Shown here piece after piece: positions 1 to 12,036 of a DNA stretch of 64,000 nucleotides. This DNA is from Octopus sinensis (taxonomy: Eukaryota). Where the stretch lies: positions 13,144,001 through 13,208,000 of the forward strand of contig NC_043017.1 in the NCBI RefSeq assembly GCF_006345805.1, written 5' to 3'. Within the stretch, counting starts at the first letter, position 1. Each line of letters begins with the position of its first letter. The notes under the pieces were generated by a model. It did not search any database and was not told the DNA's origin. It worked only from the letters and a program-made list of their open reading frames with translations. A program made the position numbers and the translations under genes.

Positions 1-631
1 GCCCCGCGTGCTATACAGTCATACTCATCAACGAGGAAGAGCATGGAGAGGATAGAATTCTGGAATAATAGAACAATTTCAGTGTCGGCAAAAGATGTGC
101 AAAGAACTGATGTATTGAAATGTATGATGGAATTATTATGCCAAGACATGACCACAGCTATACAGTCATAAAATGTATGTTTACCTCTTCACATGGATGT
201 CGTACGCTGAGGACAGGTCAATACCTAGAAACTGCAGTCCGTGCGTATCACTTAGGTTGACGAGGGAGGGATGACCTCCCTTTGCAAATATTTCAAGGGC
301 ACAGAAAGTGTGCCTAAAGCCAGCTGGAGACGACGTTCTCCTGGGGCTATAAGCTACAGTAACACCCACCCTTAGTGGTTAGCCATATTGAGATGGCAAG
401 TATACCTCACAGATAGTATACTTGATTCTACAAAAAACTCATAAGATACCCACTATGGTGTTGTTGATGCAACACACAGAAACTCCTTACACATTACTCA
501 AAAGAAAACCAGCAGGCTGAATGGTGTGATGTCCCTTTTCTTGCCCACAGATGTGTTGTGTTCTCTTTCTACCTAACAACCCCACTGAATGCACTTGCCT
601 CTCCTCTTCTTAGCCATACTAACATGCACCT

Positions 632-1010
632 GCGCAGGAGTGGCTGTGTGGTAAGTAGCTTGCTTACCAACCACATGTTTCCGGGTTCAGTCCCACTGCG
701 TGGCATCTTGGGCAAGTGTCTTCTGCTACAGCTTCGGGCCAACCAATGCCTTGTGAGTGGATTTGGTAGACGGAAACTGAAAAGAAGCCTGTCGTATATA
801 TATATGTGTGTGTGTTTGTCCCCTTAGCATTGCTTGACAACCGATGCTGGTGTGTTTATGTCCCCGTTACTTAGCGGTTCGGCAAAAGAGACCGATTGAA
901 TAAGTACTGGGCTTACAAAAGAATAAGTCCCGGGGTCGAGTTGCTCGATTAAAGGCGGTGCTCCAGCATGGCCGCAGTCAAATGACTGAAACAAGTAAAA
1001 GAGTAAAGAG
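632..1010 (+). mobile_element. tRNA-derived SINE family A
   Basis: Head gcgcaggagtggctgtgtggtaag, B box gggttcagtccc, tail gactgaaacaagtaaaagag; >20 related copies in the window. Confidence 0.9.
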
Positions 1011-1408
1011 TATCAAGAGGTTTTTAAGTCAAAACAACTCATTTAACACAAAACTGTGCAAAAAGTTATTATTCAATGGTTAAGATACCTAACTATCACT
1101 CAGATGACCCAGATCCAATTCCTGGCCTGGCCTGGTAACTTTTAGGCAAGTGTCCTCGACTACAGCCCTGGGCCAATCAATGCCTTGTGAGTGAATCTGG
1201 TTCATGAGAACAGTGTGGATGCCCACCACATATATGATAACCAGGTATTTATCACAACTGTCCAATGAACAGGAACATGAAACTGAGTAACAGTTCTGTG
1301 ATAATTTTGCAGCTTTAATAAAAAAAATGTACTACTCTACCTTTGGTATCTGAGTACTATTTTTTCCACCTTGTTTTGCACTTTTGTGCTCACCTGTGTA
1401 TGTGTGCG

Positions 1409-1450
<42 letters not shown>

Positions 1451-1552
1451 GGAGTAAACACATAAATGTGAAACAAGGTGGAAAAAAGAGTACTCAAATA
1501 CCAGGGGTAGAGTAATATGCTTTATTTAAAAGCAGCAGAAATTCAACAAAAC

Positions 1553-1590
1553 CTGTTACTCTGAGTTTCACGTTCCCGTTCGTCGGACAG
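1553..1590 (-). ncRNA. Minimal type-I hammerhead ribozyme-like motif (U4C variant)
   Basis: Minus strand: CUGU-CCGACGA-ACG GGAA CGU-GAAA-CUC A GAGU-A-ACAG. Stem I is 4 bp, extended by AACAAAA/UUUUGUU after one mismatch; stem II is 3 bp + GGAA loop; stem III is near-palindromic; GUA site. Confidence 0.65.
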
Positions 1591-1612
1591 TTTTTGTTAA
1601 AAAAAAAAAAAT

Positions 1613-1650
1613 CTGTCCGACGAATGGGAACATGAAACTCCGAGTAACAG
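1613..1650 (+). ncRNA. Minimal type-I hammerhead ribozyme-like motif (U4C variant), inverted partner
   Basis: CUGU-CCGACGA-AUG GGAA CAU-GAAA-CUC C GAGU-A-ACAG; predicted cleavage after 1646. Confidence 0.62.
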
Positions 1651-1667
1651 GTTTTGTTGAATTTCTG

Positions 1668-1710
<43 letters not shown>

Positions 1711-1713
1711 GGA

Positions 1714-2091
1714 TGGAAGCACTCCGTCGGTTGCGATGACGAGGGTTCCGGTTGATCCGATCAACGGAACAGCCTGCTCATGAAATTAACATGTAAGTGG
1801 CTGAGCACTCCACAGACACGTGTACCCTTAACATAGTTCTCGGGGATATTCAGCATGACACAGAGAGTGACAAGGCCAGCCCTTTGAAATACAGGTACAA
1901 CAGAAACAGGAAGTAAGAGTGAGAGAAAGTTGTGGTGAAAGAGTACAGCAGGGACCACCACCATCCCTGCCGGAGCCTCGTGGAGCTTTAGGTGTTTTCG
2001 CTCAATAAACACTCACAACGCCCGGTCTGGGAAATGAAACTGCGATCCTACGACCGCGAGTCCGCTGCCCTAACTACTGGGCCATTGCGCC
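1714..2091 (-). mobile_element. tRNA-derived SINE family D
   Basis: Head ggcgcaatggcccagtagttagg (A box) and B-box region; tail ccgacggagtgcttcca. Confidence 0.9.
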
Positions 2092-2714
2092 TCCACATAT
2101 ATATATATATATATATATATATCATTTAACGTCTATTCTCCATGTTGGCATGAGTTGTCTGAATCACTCGTTGCCAGCCTAAGTGTAAACTCTTCATCCA
2201 AACTCAACTGCAAAAGTCTAGACGTTTCTTGTTTACTTGACAAAGTGCTGTATTCATCATACACTTGTTTCATTGCAAAATCAGTCCCCGCCGCCTTCCA
2301 ATTAAAAACAAAGTAAAGAACAGCTATGGGGGACATCGTTAACAATGAGTCAAAAACACAGTTGACTACAAAGTTGCAACATGATCAGCAGTCTTAGTAT
2401 TTTATCGTTTTCTACACGTTCATTATCAGGAATCCAGCAGAGATGACATGCGAGCTATTCCTTCCTATACGATAGCAGGAGCACAACAGGACAGGGTTAA
2501 TGCTATTTGGTAAGAAGTTATGTATGATAAGCGGTAACAGAGTAGATAGATAAGAATTCCATAAGGTGTACCGAATGTAAACTATGGACGGACAAATTGG
2601 AGTGCGATCACAGGTACAGACAGAGAAGAAAGATATTGTATATGACAAATGCATAGGAATAATTTACCAGCAAGAACTCTGGTGGAAGAAATTCTCCTAA
2701 AGCTCAGAAGGCTT

Positions 2715-3275
2715 GATACAAGTAGCTGATAGCTTCTGTTACCTATGTGACCTATTTAGCAATGGAAAAGTTTTTGAAAGCATAGTAAGTAGGCAGAGTA
2801 AAGAATGAGGTGGAAAAAGCTATTACTTCCACTGGAAACAAAGGAGTGGCAAGTAGATTGTATGACAGCTGTGTACAAAGTGTAACGTTTTATGGTAACA
2901 AAAGATGTGCATTTCATGTGGAAAACTTGTAAAGGTTGGAATGAAATAAGGCCAATATTCTTTGCTGGATGGTAATAATGTTAAGGGTACAGGAATGATG
3001 TAGCATGAATAAGTTAATAGAGAAACCAGATATAAAAGGAATTAGATGATGTGCACATGAGAGAAGGCTATGTTATGACAGACACATGAAGGAAGACAGG
3101 TAAAAAAAAGTAATAGGCAATCCAAGTGAAAGGGACCTGTGGAACAAGAAGGGCAAGGAATACCCTAGAGGAAGAAGTTGACAAAGTTAATCTCAAGATT
3201 GTGAATTTCATAAAGGAAGTGGAGTTACAGCAAATGGTGATGCAATGTGCAACAGAAGGCCCATCCAACACATGA
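2715..3275 (+). pseudogene. Degenerate 3' part of an RTE-like non-LTR retrotransposon ORF
   Basis: Broken frames read QVADSFCYLCD and RLYDSCVQSVTFYG; ends in cccatccaacacatg, similar to the family-C terminus. Confidence 0.7.
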
Positions 3276-3303
3276 AAACATCAACATTAGCATTTAACAT
3301 GCA

Positions 3304-3487
3304 GGTGGCACGTAAAAAGCACCCACTACACTCGTGGAGTGGTTGGCGTTAGGAAGGGCATCCAGCTGTAGAAACTCTGCCAGATCAGACTGGAGCCTGG
3401 TGCAGCCCCTGGCTTCCCAGACCCCGGTCGAACCGTCCAACCCGTGCTAGCACGGAAAACGGACGTTAAACGATGATGATGATGATG
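3304..3487 (+). mobile_element. Family C (LINE-tail-type retroposon, (GAT)n tail)
   Basis: ggtggcacgtaaaaagcacc...ggcgttaggaagggcatccagc...ccaacccgtgctagc...cgttaaacgatgatg. Confidence 0.88.
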
Positions 3488-4256
3488 AATGCTGGCATGG
3501 ATTGGACAGTGTAACAGGATTCAATGGGTCCAAGGACTGCATCATACTCCAATGTCATCTTTAGAGTGATTTCTACAGTCGTATGGCCTTCCTAATGCCA
3601 ACCACTTTACAGAGTGTACTGTGTGCTTTTCCACACACACATACACACACATCCCTATAGCACCAGTACAAATGAAGTCACCGTGAAGCTTTCAACTCTA
3701 AGATCACTTTCAAATGAGTGAGGATACAGCAGAGAGGAATACATCTTTATGCTAAGAAATAGTATGAAAAAAGGGACCAGAACTGAACAGATTTATTACA
3801 ATAGAGGAGCTATATAGCTACTCACATTATAGAAAAGTGGCAGAAAATAACCAAGTTGGAGCTGGAAAGAGATAAATTAAGTGGTGTAGTGTCAGGGTAG
3901 AGGCAAGTTACAAGTTAAGTTAGAAAGGAGCAGGAGAAAAACAGGAGTACAGGTGAGTATAGGTTGTAAAGGTGTATGGGAGAGTGAGAGAGGACTAGCG
4001 ATGGGGAATAGATTAAAAAGTGATTATAATGATGAACTCACGTTGAGGAATGAATGAATGTAGAGGTAACAAACGTAGAAATTGGACAGGGTTGAGGGGT
4101 GGATGTAGTGAACGGTGGGAAAATGTGGATGTAATAAATGATGTATATATAAGTGTGAGTGCAGGTGTGTATAACACTGCAAATTTCTGATTTATTTCTT
4201 CCCTAAAATACATTACTCACACTAAGTATTTGGAAGCTGATTTAAAATCTTGCAAG

Positions 4257-4625
4257 GGCACAGGTGTGACTGGCTTCCCAACCATATGGTTCGGGGTTCA
4301 GTCCCACTACACGGTACCTTGCACATGTGTTTTCTACTATAGCCTCAGGCCAACCAAAAAGCCTTAGGAGTCGATTTCTTGAGACGGAAATTTAAAGAAA
4401 CATATGAATACATATATCTGTGTGTGTCTGTCCATCACTGTTGCTTGACATCCGGTGTTGGTGGGTTTGCCTCCCCGTAACTTAGCGGTTCGGTAAAAGA
4501 AACCGATAGAATAAGTACCAGGCTTTAAATAAATACTGAGGACGATACATTCGGCTAAAAATTCAAGGTGGTGCCCCAGCATGGCCACAGCCTAATAGCT
4601 GAAACAGGTAAAAGATAAAAGAAAA
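4257..4625 (+). mobile_element. SINE family A, older copy
   Basis: Diverged core and tail. Confidence 0.75.
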
Positions 4626-4626
4626 G

Positions 4627-4780
4627 TCGTACTCCGCAACCTTTTTTTCACTTGCGGTACATCTATATTTTCGAAATTCGGCGGCACACCTGAACTAAAA
4701 GTATAAGGGAAAATATTACATTCAGGTTAAACTGCGGCACATCTAGCATCGCTTCGTGGCACACAGGTTGCGGAGCACTG
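4627..4780. mobile_element. Small hAT-like MITE
   Basis: ctccgcaacct / aggttgcggag inverted; right end gcactg (CAGTG-type terminus). Confidence 0.55.
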
Positions 4781-6119
4781 CTCTAGCATGTATATTATTT
4801 TCACATTAGCAATGGGCTGGAATACCCTACAAATTTAGATATTTGCCTGAGAATGGTTGATGCAGCTACTTTTACGGACATACCATTCTTTACCAACTAT
4901 AGAACCAAGTCAGCATCAATTTTCAGAAAATGACTTTTCTAGGAAAACATCATACGGGTTAGCTGTGCTGTGGCTGAGAACCCACACGCCAGCAGTTGGT
5001 AAGTCGTCAAGCACAACCTCAAGGGCAATATATATATATATTAATAAATGAAATAAAACATATGCATATATATAAACATATATGTACGTACCTATCTCTA
5101 CATGTACATATACACGCATATATGAGTACAGGACACCAAAAAGACGTCGAACACAATGAAAAATGAAAACATAGACACAAACCAAAGGAACTGGACATTT
5201 TTTTAAAAACAACAAAAAATGGAGTACAGGACAATTAACACAACGAAAAAACCCCTTCTTCAGTCGCTAAGGTTTCATCTACTCTACGTTTCGAAGGATA
5301 AAATATATATATTACACACACACATATACAAAAAGGAGTAACAGTAACTTCGAAGCTTCAATAATGAGCCAATGTGCAAGGCTACGTGGTCACACAACCT
5401 GCTGGAAATAACAGCCAAATCTCCTTCAACTCACACCCTACCGTCACACATAAAAATAACATAGTTCTACATATCCCTTAAAAAGGCGGGAGTACCATAG
5501 CTGGAATGATCGTGTAACTGCATGATCATGGTTGACAGGGGCTAAACAACAACACTTCGGCGATTATATTATATTTGAATGTCCCCCATGTCAACAAAAA
5601 CATAATTAAAAAGAGACAGACTGAACACAGCAGCCGATTGAAGTGTTTAAAAATGTAAACGTTGATTATTATTATACATCGTCGTCAAGAGGGTGTTTTT
5701 AAAGTGCTGGATTTAAAACAAGAGTACAACAAACCATCCGATATATATTGACTCATAGTTCCAATCAACTGAACCTCACAGATTCCTGAAATAGTAGTCA
5801 AGGCTAATTAATTCGAAGCCTGCAATTTGTTTCCTCCAAGAAGCGGGAATTAATATTAATCGGGTTATAAAGGCAAAAGCCGAAACGAGTATCAAGTAAC
5901 AAAACAAAGTTATCTTGCAATGAAAAGAACATTTCTTTTTTAAAAATCAGCTTTTAATTCCCACCAATGCGCTCACCAAAAGAAGTAGAATCAAAAACCA
6001 AAGGACAACAAAACTATATTCCGCAAAATTAATATTGAAAGTCACATATAGGTATGAAAATACTGCTGGTATCTTTAAAAATAGTATCAAAATTAGTGAC
6101 GAAATCACACATATATATA

Positions 6120-6595
6120 CATGACTGGTTGTATATATATCTAGGAGTGTGTCTATGTGTATATGTTATTTATATATAAATATATATATATATATGGCTG
6201 GATGTATATATCTAGGAGTGTGTCTATGTGTATATGTTATTTATATATAAATATATATATGGCTGGGTGTATATATCTAGGAGTGTGTGTATGTGTATAT
6301 TTTATTTATATATATATATGGCTGGATGTATATATATCTAGGAGTGTGTTGTGTGTATATTTTATATATATATATATATATATGGCTGGATGTATATATC
6401 TAGGAGTGTGTATGTGTATATTATATATATATGGCTGGATGTATATATCTAAGAGTGTGTGTGTATATATTTTATTTATATATATATATTGATATAATTG
6501 ATAAATTATTGATATAAATAGTTATTAAATGAATATATATATATATATGGCTGGATGTATATATCTAGGAGTGTGTGTATATATATATATATATA
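6120..6595. repeat. TA-rich compound minisatellite (TGGCTGGATGTATATATCTAGGAGTGTGT core, ~7 copies)
   Basis: Core recurs between variable (TA)n runs. Confidence 0.9.
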
Positions 6596-6674
6596 TTCAT
6601 TTAATAACTAATTATATCAATAATTTCGACTGCTAGCGTTGAGTAAAAACTGAGTTTACAATATACATTGTGTG

Positions 6675-6725
<51 letters not shown>

Positions 6726-7752
6726 ACATTAACTACATAGAAATGTGTCTTCCACTTGAAAATGTGGTCGCAATGCCTCCTAACATAATAAACTTAAATA
6801 AACTGCTGCTACAACTGTGTCTCGCAAACGACAACAACAACCATCCAAGCTTATTAAAACAGCAGTCACGCTTCATTTATTACTTAAACAAAAATACCAA
6901 CTAATTTGTTTATATATATCGATATTATTTGCCGAAACAGCAACGAAAATAAGTAAATAGATAAATAAATAAATATACGAATGTTGTCTTGGAGTCTTTG
7001 GGAAACATTTCTTTAAATTAGAGGCGAATCGTTTAATAGTATTTGATAATGAAAACAAGAAGATCACTTATCAAAGTTGATTTGGGAATCGCTTTTTTTT
7101 GAAGCACAAGAGCCCCGTTTGATATTTAAGAATGAATAAATGAATAAATAGATAAACGAAAGAAACGGTACCAAGGTCAGGTAGGTAAATAAATAGAGCC
7201 CTCGCGAATGCTACAGTGATTATTATTATTATTATTATTAAATAGTAAAAAAGTTTTGTTTTTCTTGTCAAGAGTTGAAGGCAGATAAAAATAAGTGTTT
7301 TTCTAGTTTACGGGAAATCAAAACAGATAAAATGAAATGAAAATAAGTCCGGAAATTACTCACCGAGTACATATACATTTTCCCCCTTCTTCTTAATGTA
7401 TCAGATTTGTAAAATAGAAAGACTGTATATTTGGAAAAAAAAAATAAATAATTTACAATAAAAGTTAACAAAGACAGTATTCAAGTCTCCATTTTGTTTG
7501 GAAGAAGAATGTTTCTCCGGTTACCTCCCTTCTTCAGCGGAACTCTTCATCTTTTGAGACGAATCTCTTATTTCAAGACTTGGAGAAATTCCAACTGTGA
7601 TCGGTTTCTTGCTGGTTAATTCGGTCAATTTTTGATTCCACACGCCTATGATCGGATACGTTCCAACATGACCACTCCGATATTTAATATATTAGCCAAT
7701 ATACCCGTTTTTTTTTTTTTTTTTTTTTTTTTAAGGCAGTGTTACCTGTCAC

Positions 7753-8182
7753 AATTCTTTCTACTATAGTTAGAAGGTCCCCTTGGTAAATTCTTTCTAC
7801 TATAGTTAGAAGGTCCCCTTGGTAAATTCTTTCTACTATAGTTAGAAGGTCCCCTTGGTAAATTCTTTCTACTATAGTTAGAAGGTCCCCTTGGTAAATT
7901 CTTTCTACTATAGTTTGAAGGTCCCCTCGGTAAATTCTTCTACTATAGTTAGAAGGTCCCCTTGGTAAATTCTTTCTACTATAGTTAGAAGGTCCCCTTG
8001 GTAAATTCTTTCTACTATAGTTAGAAGTCCCCTTGGTAAATTCTTTCTACTATAGTTAGAAGGTCCCCTCGGTAAATTCTTTCTACTATAGTTAGAAGGT
8101 CCCCTTGGTAAATTCTTTCTACTATAGTTAGAAGGTCCCCTTGGTAAATTCTTTCTACTATAGTTAGAAGGTCCCCTTGGTA
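7753..8182. repeat. 36-bp minisatellite x12 (AATTCTTTCTACTATAGTTAGAAGGTCCCCTTGGTA)
   Basis: 430 bp = 12 units with two 1-bp deletions; no spacers. Confidence 0.95.
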
Positions 8183-9711
8183 CTTATTTTACTGACCCCC
8201 GAAAGGATGAAGAGCAAAAATCGACCGCGGCGTTATTTGAAGTTGAAGTTGAAATAGATAGACGAAAGGTCGATTCTGCCAGCTCGTTGCTTTAATATAC
8301 GATAATGAGGGATATACGTAGCTGCTATTTCTTGCAAAGTCGAGCCAGGGGTGATGAATAAAAAAGGTCCCTCTTGTTGCTTCCGACGCTGTGGTTTTTC
8401 AAGTAGTAATCCATTCATGATTTATGATTTTATATAGTAGTTAGAAATGATCAAAAATAACACTAAAAAATTTTCCACTTTAAAATCACATGATTAATCG
8501 AATCCAAGTTTATTTTCGACGAATTCAAAATGAGATTGTTTTCCCTCTCAATTACTACACTGATCTATTTCAAATAATGATTCCATTTTTACTATCACAT
8601 GGCTATGGGAAGGGAAGGGGGACAGTTGATAGTGTCCAGGCCATTATTTGGTAGTATTCGTTTCAATTCTTTACATCCTGAATACAAATCCCGAAAATCA
8701 AATTTGCCTTTCATCTTTCCGGCCTTAAGCAAAGTTGACCTGGGGGGAGGTAGTAACGTCGATTACATTAATTTCATTACTTGCCTATTGCTTTTATTTT
8801 TCTAGATCCTGGAGGGATTGAAACTCAAAGCTGAGCTTGGCGTGATTTGAACTCAGAAAATAAAAAGAACTGGAACAAATACTACGATGCGTTTTGTGCG
8901 ACGTTTTATCGATTCTGCCAATCCAGACCCATTTCTTTTATTTGCTACAAGGACAATAATTGAAATTACAAAAACTAAAAGTAGTGAATTATTCTCACGG
9001 TGGCTTCGGCTGATAACCAGATCTGTCCGACATGCAGCAAAAGCTATTCGACAATAACTACACAAGTCAGCGATGCTCGGACACAGTGCATGCAAAAGGA
9101 TTTTGTCGCTTTACGCGCATCTCTAATAGGCTCAGCGAACAAAACTCACATACCGGCAAAACTGGCGATACCCTAGTACTACTACCAGACTAGGGATCTA
9201 TGGGAGTTGTTCATAGTCATTGGACTGAAATCTTTTGGAAAAGACTGCTCAAGTGACCTTCATTGACGTCCAAGTTCTTCCCCCGAGAACATTGCTGTTC
9301 TTGCCCACCACTAATCTGTTACAGATTACAAGGATTGATATACCATCGACCACATTACCCGAATGATAGAAAATTAAGCACCTGACAACATTACAGATGT
9401 CAGGTAGCCAATCATGGTATTCAGTCGACGCAGGACAGCAGCTTAAAAAATTAGGAACTGTGGGAAGATATATCTGGCGAACATCGACCACAACTGCATA
9501 GTGTCCAAGAATTTCTGATAATTAGCAGTCATATGGTGAGGCAGTTACAGCATTCCGAGTCCCCACTGCAGATGTTGTTGACAACAGATGCAATCTCTGA
9601 CCAGTAGAACATGTCCCTTCCACAAAGAGCGAAAGGGCAGACATTACAATTTGGTCAAGTAAAACTGGAACAAAGTACAGCGGTCAAGCAGTTTATACAA
9701 AAATAAAAAAA

Positions 9712-10078
9712 GGCGCAGGAGTGGCTGTGTGGTAAGTAGCTTGCTAACTAACCACATGGTTCCAGGTTCAGTCCCACTGCGTGGCATCTTGGGCAAGTGT
9801 CTTCTGCTGTAGCCCCGGGCCGACCAATGCCTTGTGAGTAGATTTGGTAGACGGAAACTGAAAGAAGCCTGTCGTATATATGTGTGTGTGTTTGTCCCCT
9901 AGCATTGCTTGACAACCGATGCTGGTGTGTTTACGTCCCCGTCACTTAGCGGTTCGGCAAAACAGACCGATAGAATAAGTACTAGGCTTACAAAGAATAA
10001 GTCCCGGGGTCGATTTGCTCCACTAAAGGCGGTGCTCCAGCATGGCCGGAGTCAAATGACTGAAACAAGTAAAAGAGT
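9712..10078 (+). mobile_element. SINE family A
   Basis: Full-length match to the other copies. Confidence 0.9.
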
Positions 10079-10575
10079 ATATGCCTTTGTCACTTCGACC
10101 CAACCTATCAGCGACAGCTTCCTCTCAGCTCACCTATCTATTTAAACGTCTGGTTCCAAGCCAGACTCCGTCAAGCCACCCATGACGATAGCCAGCAAAG
10201 CCCCGTTTCGCTTGGTGTCCCCGTCACGTCAGCGTAATCCCTCATTGTGATGTCAACAACATCCAGTTTCGTGGTATTGGGCTCTGTCGTATGGCAACAT
10301 CTCTGCCTAGGTTGACGTGGCTTTTCCGCAGCCCCTCAATAGATCGCTAGTTTCTGCAGCAGGGCTCAAAAGCCAAAACGTACAGTATAGATGAGAAGGG
10401 ACACCGCTGAGGTGATTACAGTGAACGGTGATGCGGCTTCTGAAAACGGGGCCAAAACCAGCACCACGAAGACAACCACCAAGTACTGGTGGTCAACCCT
10501 ATCAGAAACTTCGGATTAATCCAAGTGGATTAGAGTCTCCATCGAAGTTGGTTTTATTACTCTTTTTATTTACGA

Positions 10576-10969
10576 CTAGCAGTATCGCCCGGCGTTGCTC
10601 GGGTTTGTAAGGGAAATAACTATATATGCATTTTTAGAGAGTTATAGCCAAAAAATAGCAAAAAAAATGCATTAAAAATGGAAAGAAATTGATGGTAAAT
10701 TTTTTTTTTTTAAATTGTTGACTCATCGTAGACATTTTTAGAGTTACTTCCCTTAGCGAAAAAAATGCATTAAAATGGAAAAAAATTATGGTAAATTATT
10801 TTTAAAATCGTAGACTCATCGTAGACGCGCGCTAATACCCAGAAGGGCTCGATATGAATCACGACTATAAGATACCCGCTTTTGGTTACACTGCACCGCA
10901 AAATGTGGGAGTAGTTAGGAATCTAAATCGTAGGAGACAGACACACAACCTTACTTTTATATATAAAGA
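10576..10969 (-). mobile_element. Non-autonomous Helitron, copy 1
   Basis: On the minus strand it starts TC(TTTATATATAAAAG) and ends with hairpin CCCGAGCAACGCCGGG + ATACTG-CTAG|T; no TSD. Confidence 0.85.
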
Positions 10970-11482
10970 CTAGCAGTATCGCCCGGCGTTGCTCGGGTTT
11001 GTAAGGGAAATAACTATATAAGCATTTTTAGAGAATTACTTCCCTTATAGATGCCAATTCGGGCTTTCTTAGCCATTTCTGTTTTGGTGTCTTCAAGCCA
11101 TGAAGTCGTTGTTCTAAAAGAACGCTGGTCTCCTTGACAACGCTTTACGACGTTGATTTCCTTACACTCCCTTCCCCACAGCTTCACGAGGGAGGGAAGA
11201 AGGGGGAGAAGCAAACAGGTGCAGGTGTGACCATGGACGCAAACTCCGCCGCCATCGACACACGAAAAATTATGCATTAAAATGGAATAAAAAATGATGT
11301 TAAATTATTTTTAAAATCGTAGACTCATCGTAGACGCGCGCTAATACTCAGACGGGCTCGATATGAATCACGACTATAAGTTACCCGAATTTGGTTGAAC
11401 AGCACCGCAAAATGTGGGAGTAGTTAGGAATCTAAATCGAAGGGGACAGACACTCACACAACTACAGTTTTATATATATAGA
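10970..11482 (-). mobile_element. Non-autonomous Helitron, copy 2, head-to-tail with copy 1, carrying a ~215-bp extra segment
   Basis: Junction aaaGA|CTAGcag at 10969/10970; extra sequence 11050-11264 is absent from the other copies. Confidence 0.85.
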
Positions 11483-12036
11483 TATATCGACTGATCAAAC
11501 ATCCGGAAATCGCAGATCAATACCTTTGTCACGGACATTCGTGCTTGACCGTTCGTAATTCAAGGTAGTTCGAACATAGTATTTTCGATCACCTCACCAA
11601 TGTGGCTACTGATTTATTTATTTTTAATTCAATAAGCCAGTATTGGTATTTGCACTGCGGCCATGCTGGGGCATCATCATGAAGAAGGATGTTGTCGAAC
11701 AAAATTGCCCCACCACCACCACCACCCCAAGACTTATTTTGTTAAGTCTGCTACTGATTCCATCGTTCACTTTTTGCTGAAATATTACTTGACGGGAACA
11801 TAAACTAACACCGGCTACCCACTGAGGGAGAGACTCCCAGTCATATCCCCCCCACCCATACACACAAATGATGAACTTCCACAGTTTCTATCTACAAAAA
11901 AAAAAGAAATTGGAAGGTTTCGGTTGGCCAGGGGCTATCGTAAAAGACACTTGGCCAAGGTCAACTACAGTTAATCCTCATCATTTAACGCCCACAACTC
12001 ATGCTGACATAGGTTGGACGATTTGACAGATCTAAA

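Larger units (their letters stand above)
1333..1668. repeat. Double fold-back: IR 1333-1394/1451-1514 around (TA)n, then IR 1535-1590/1613-1668
   Basis: Second pair has 56-bp arms with 3 mismatches; first pair has ~62-bp diverged arms. Confidence 0.85.

Noticed and set aside
5250-5297. Permuted (type-II-like) hammerhead on the minus strand: CCUUC-GAAAC-GUA...CUGAAGA-AGGGG
   Set aside because: Both core motifs are present but stem I cannot pair and stem II is weak; at most a decayed relic.
7505-7550. CUGAAGA...GAAAC motif on the minus strand
   Set aside because: Stem II and stem I do not pair.
7753-8182. CRISPR-like array (36-bp repeat)
   Set aside because: Units are contiguous without unique spacers, the context is eukaryotic, and there are no cas genes.
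9909-10145. Recurrent ORFs such as MTTDAGVFT.., MSSNARGT.., MLAWVGRFDRG.., ..VLFHHNFLSLLL..
   Set aside because: They lie wholly inside SINE/family-C copies; the recurrence reflects the repeats, not a gene family.
10080-10550. GC-richer unique stretch as a coding exon or LINE 5' end
   Set aside because: No recognisable protein motif or consistent splice pair in any frame.
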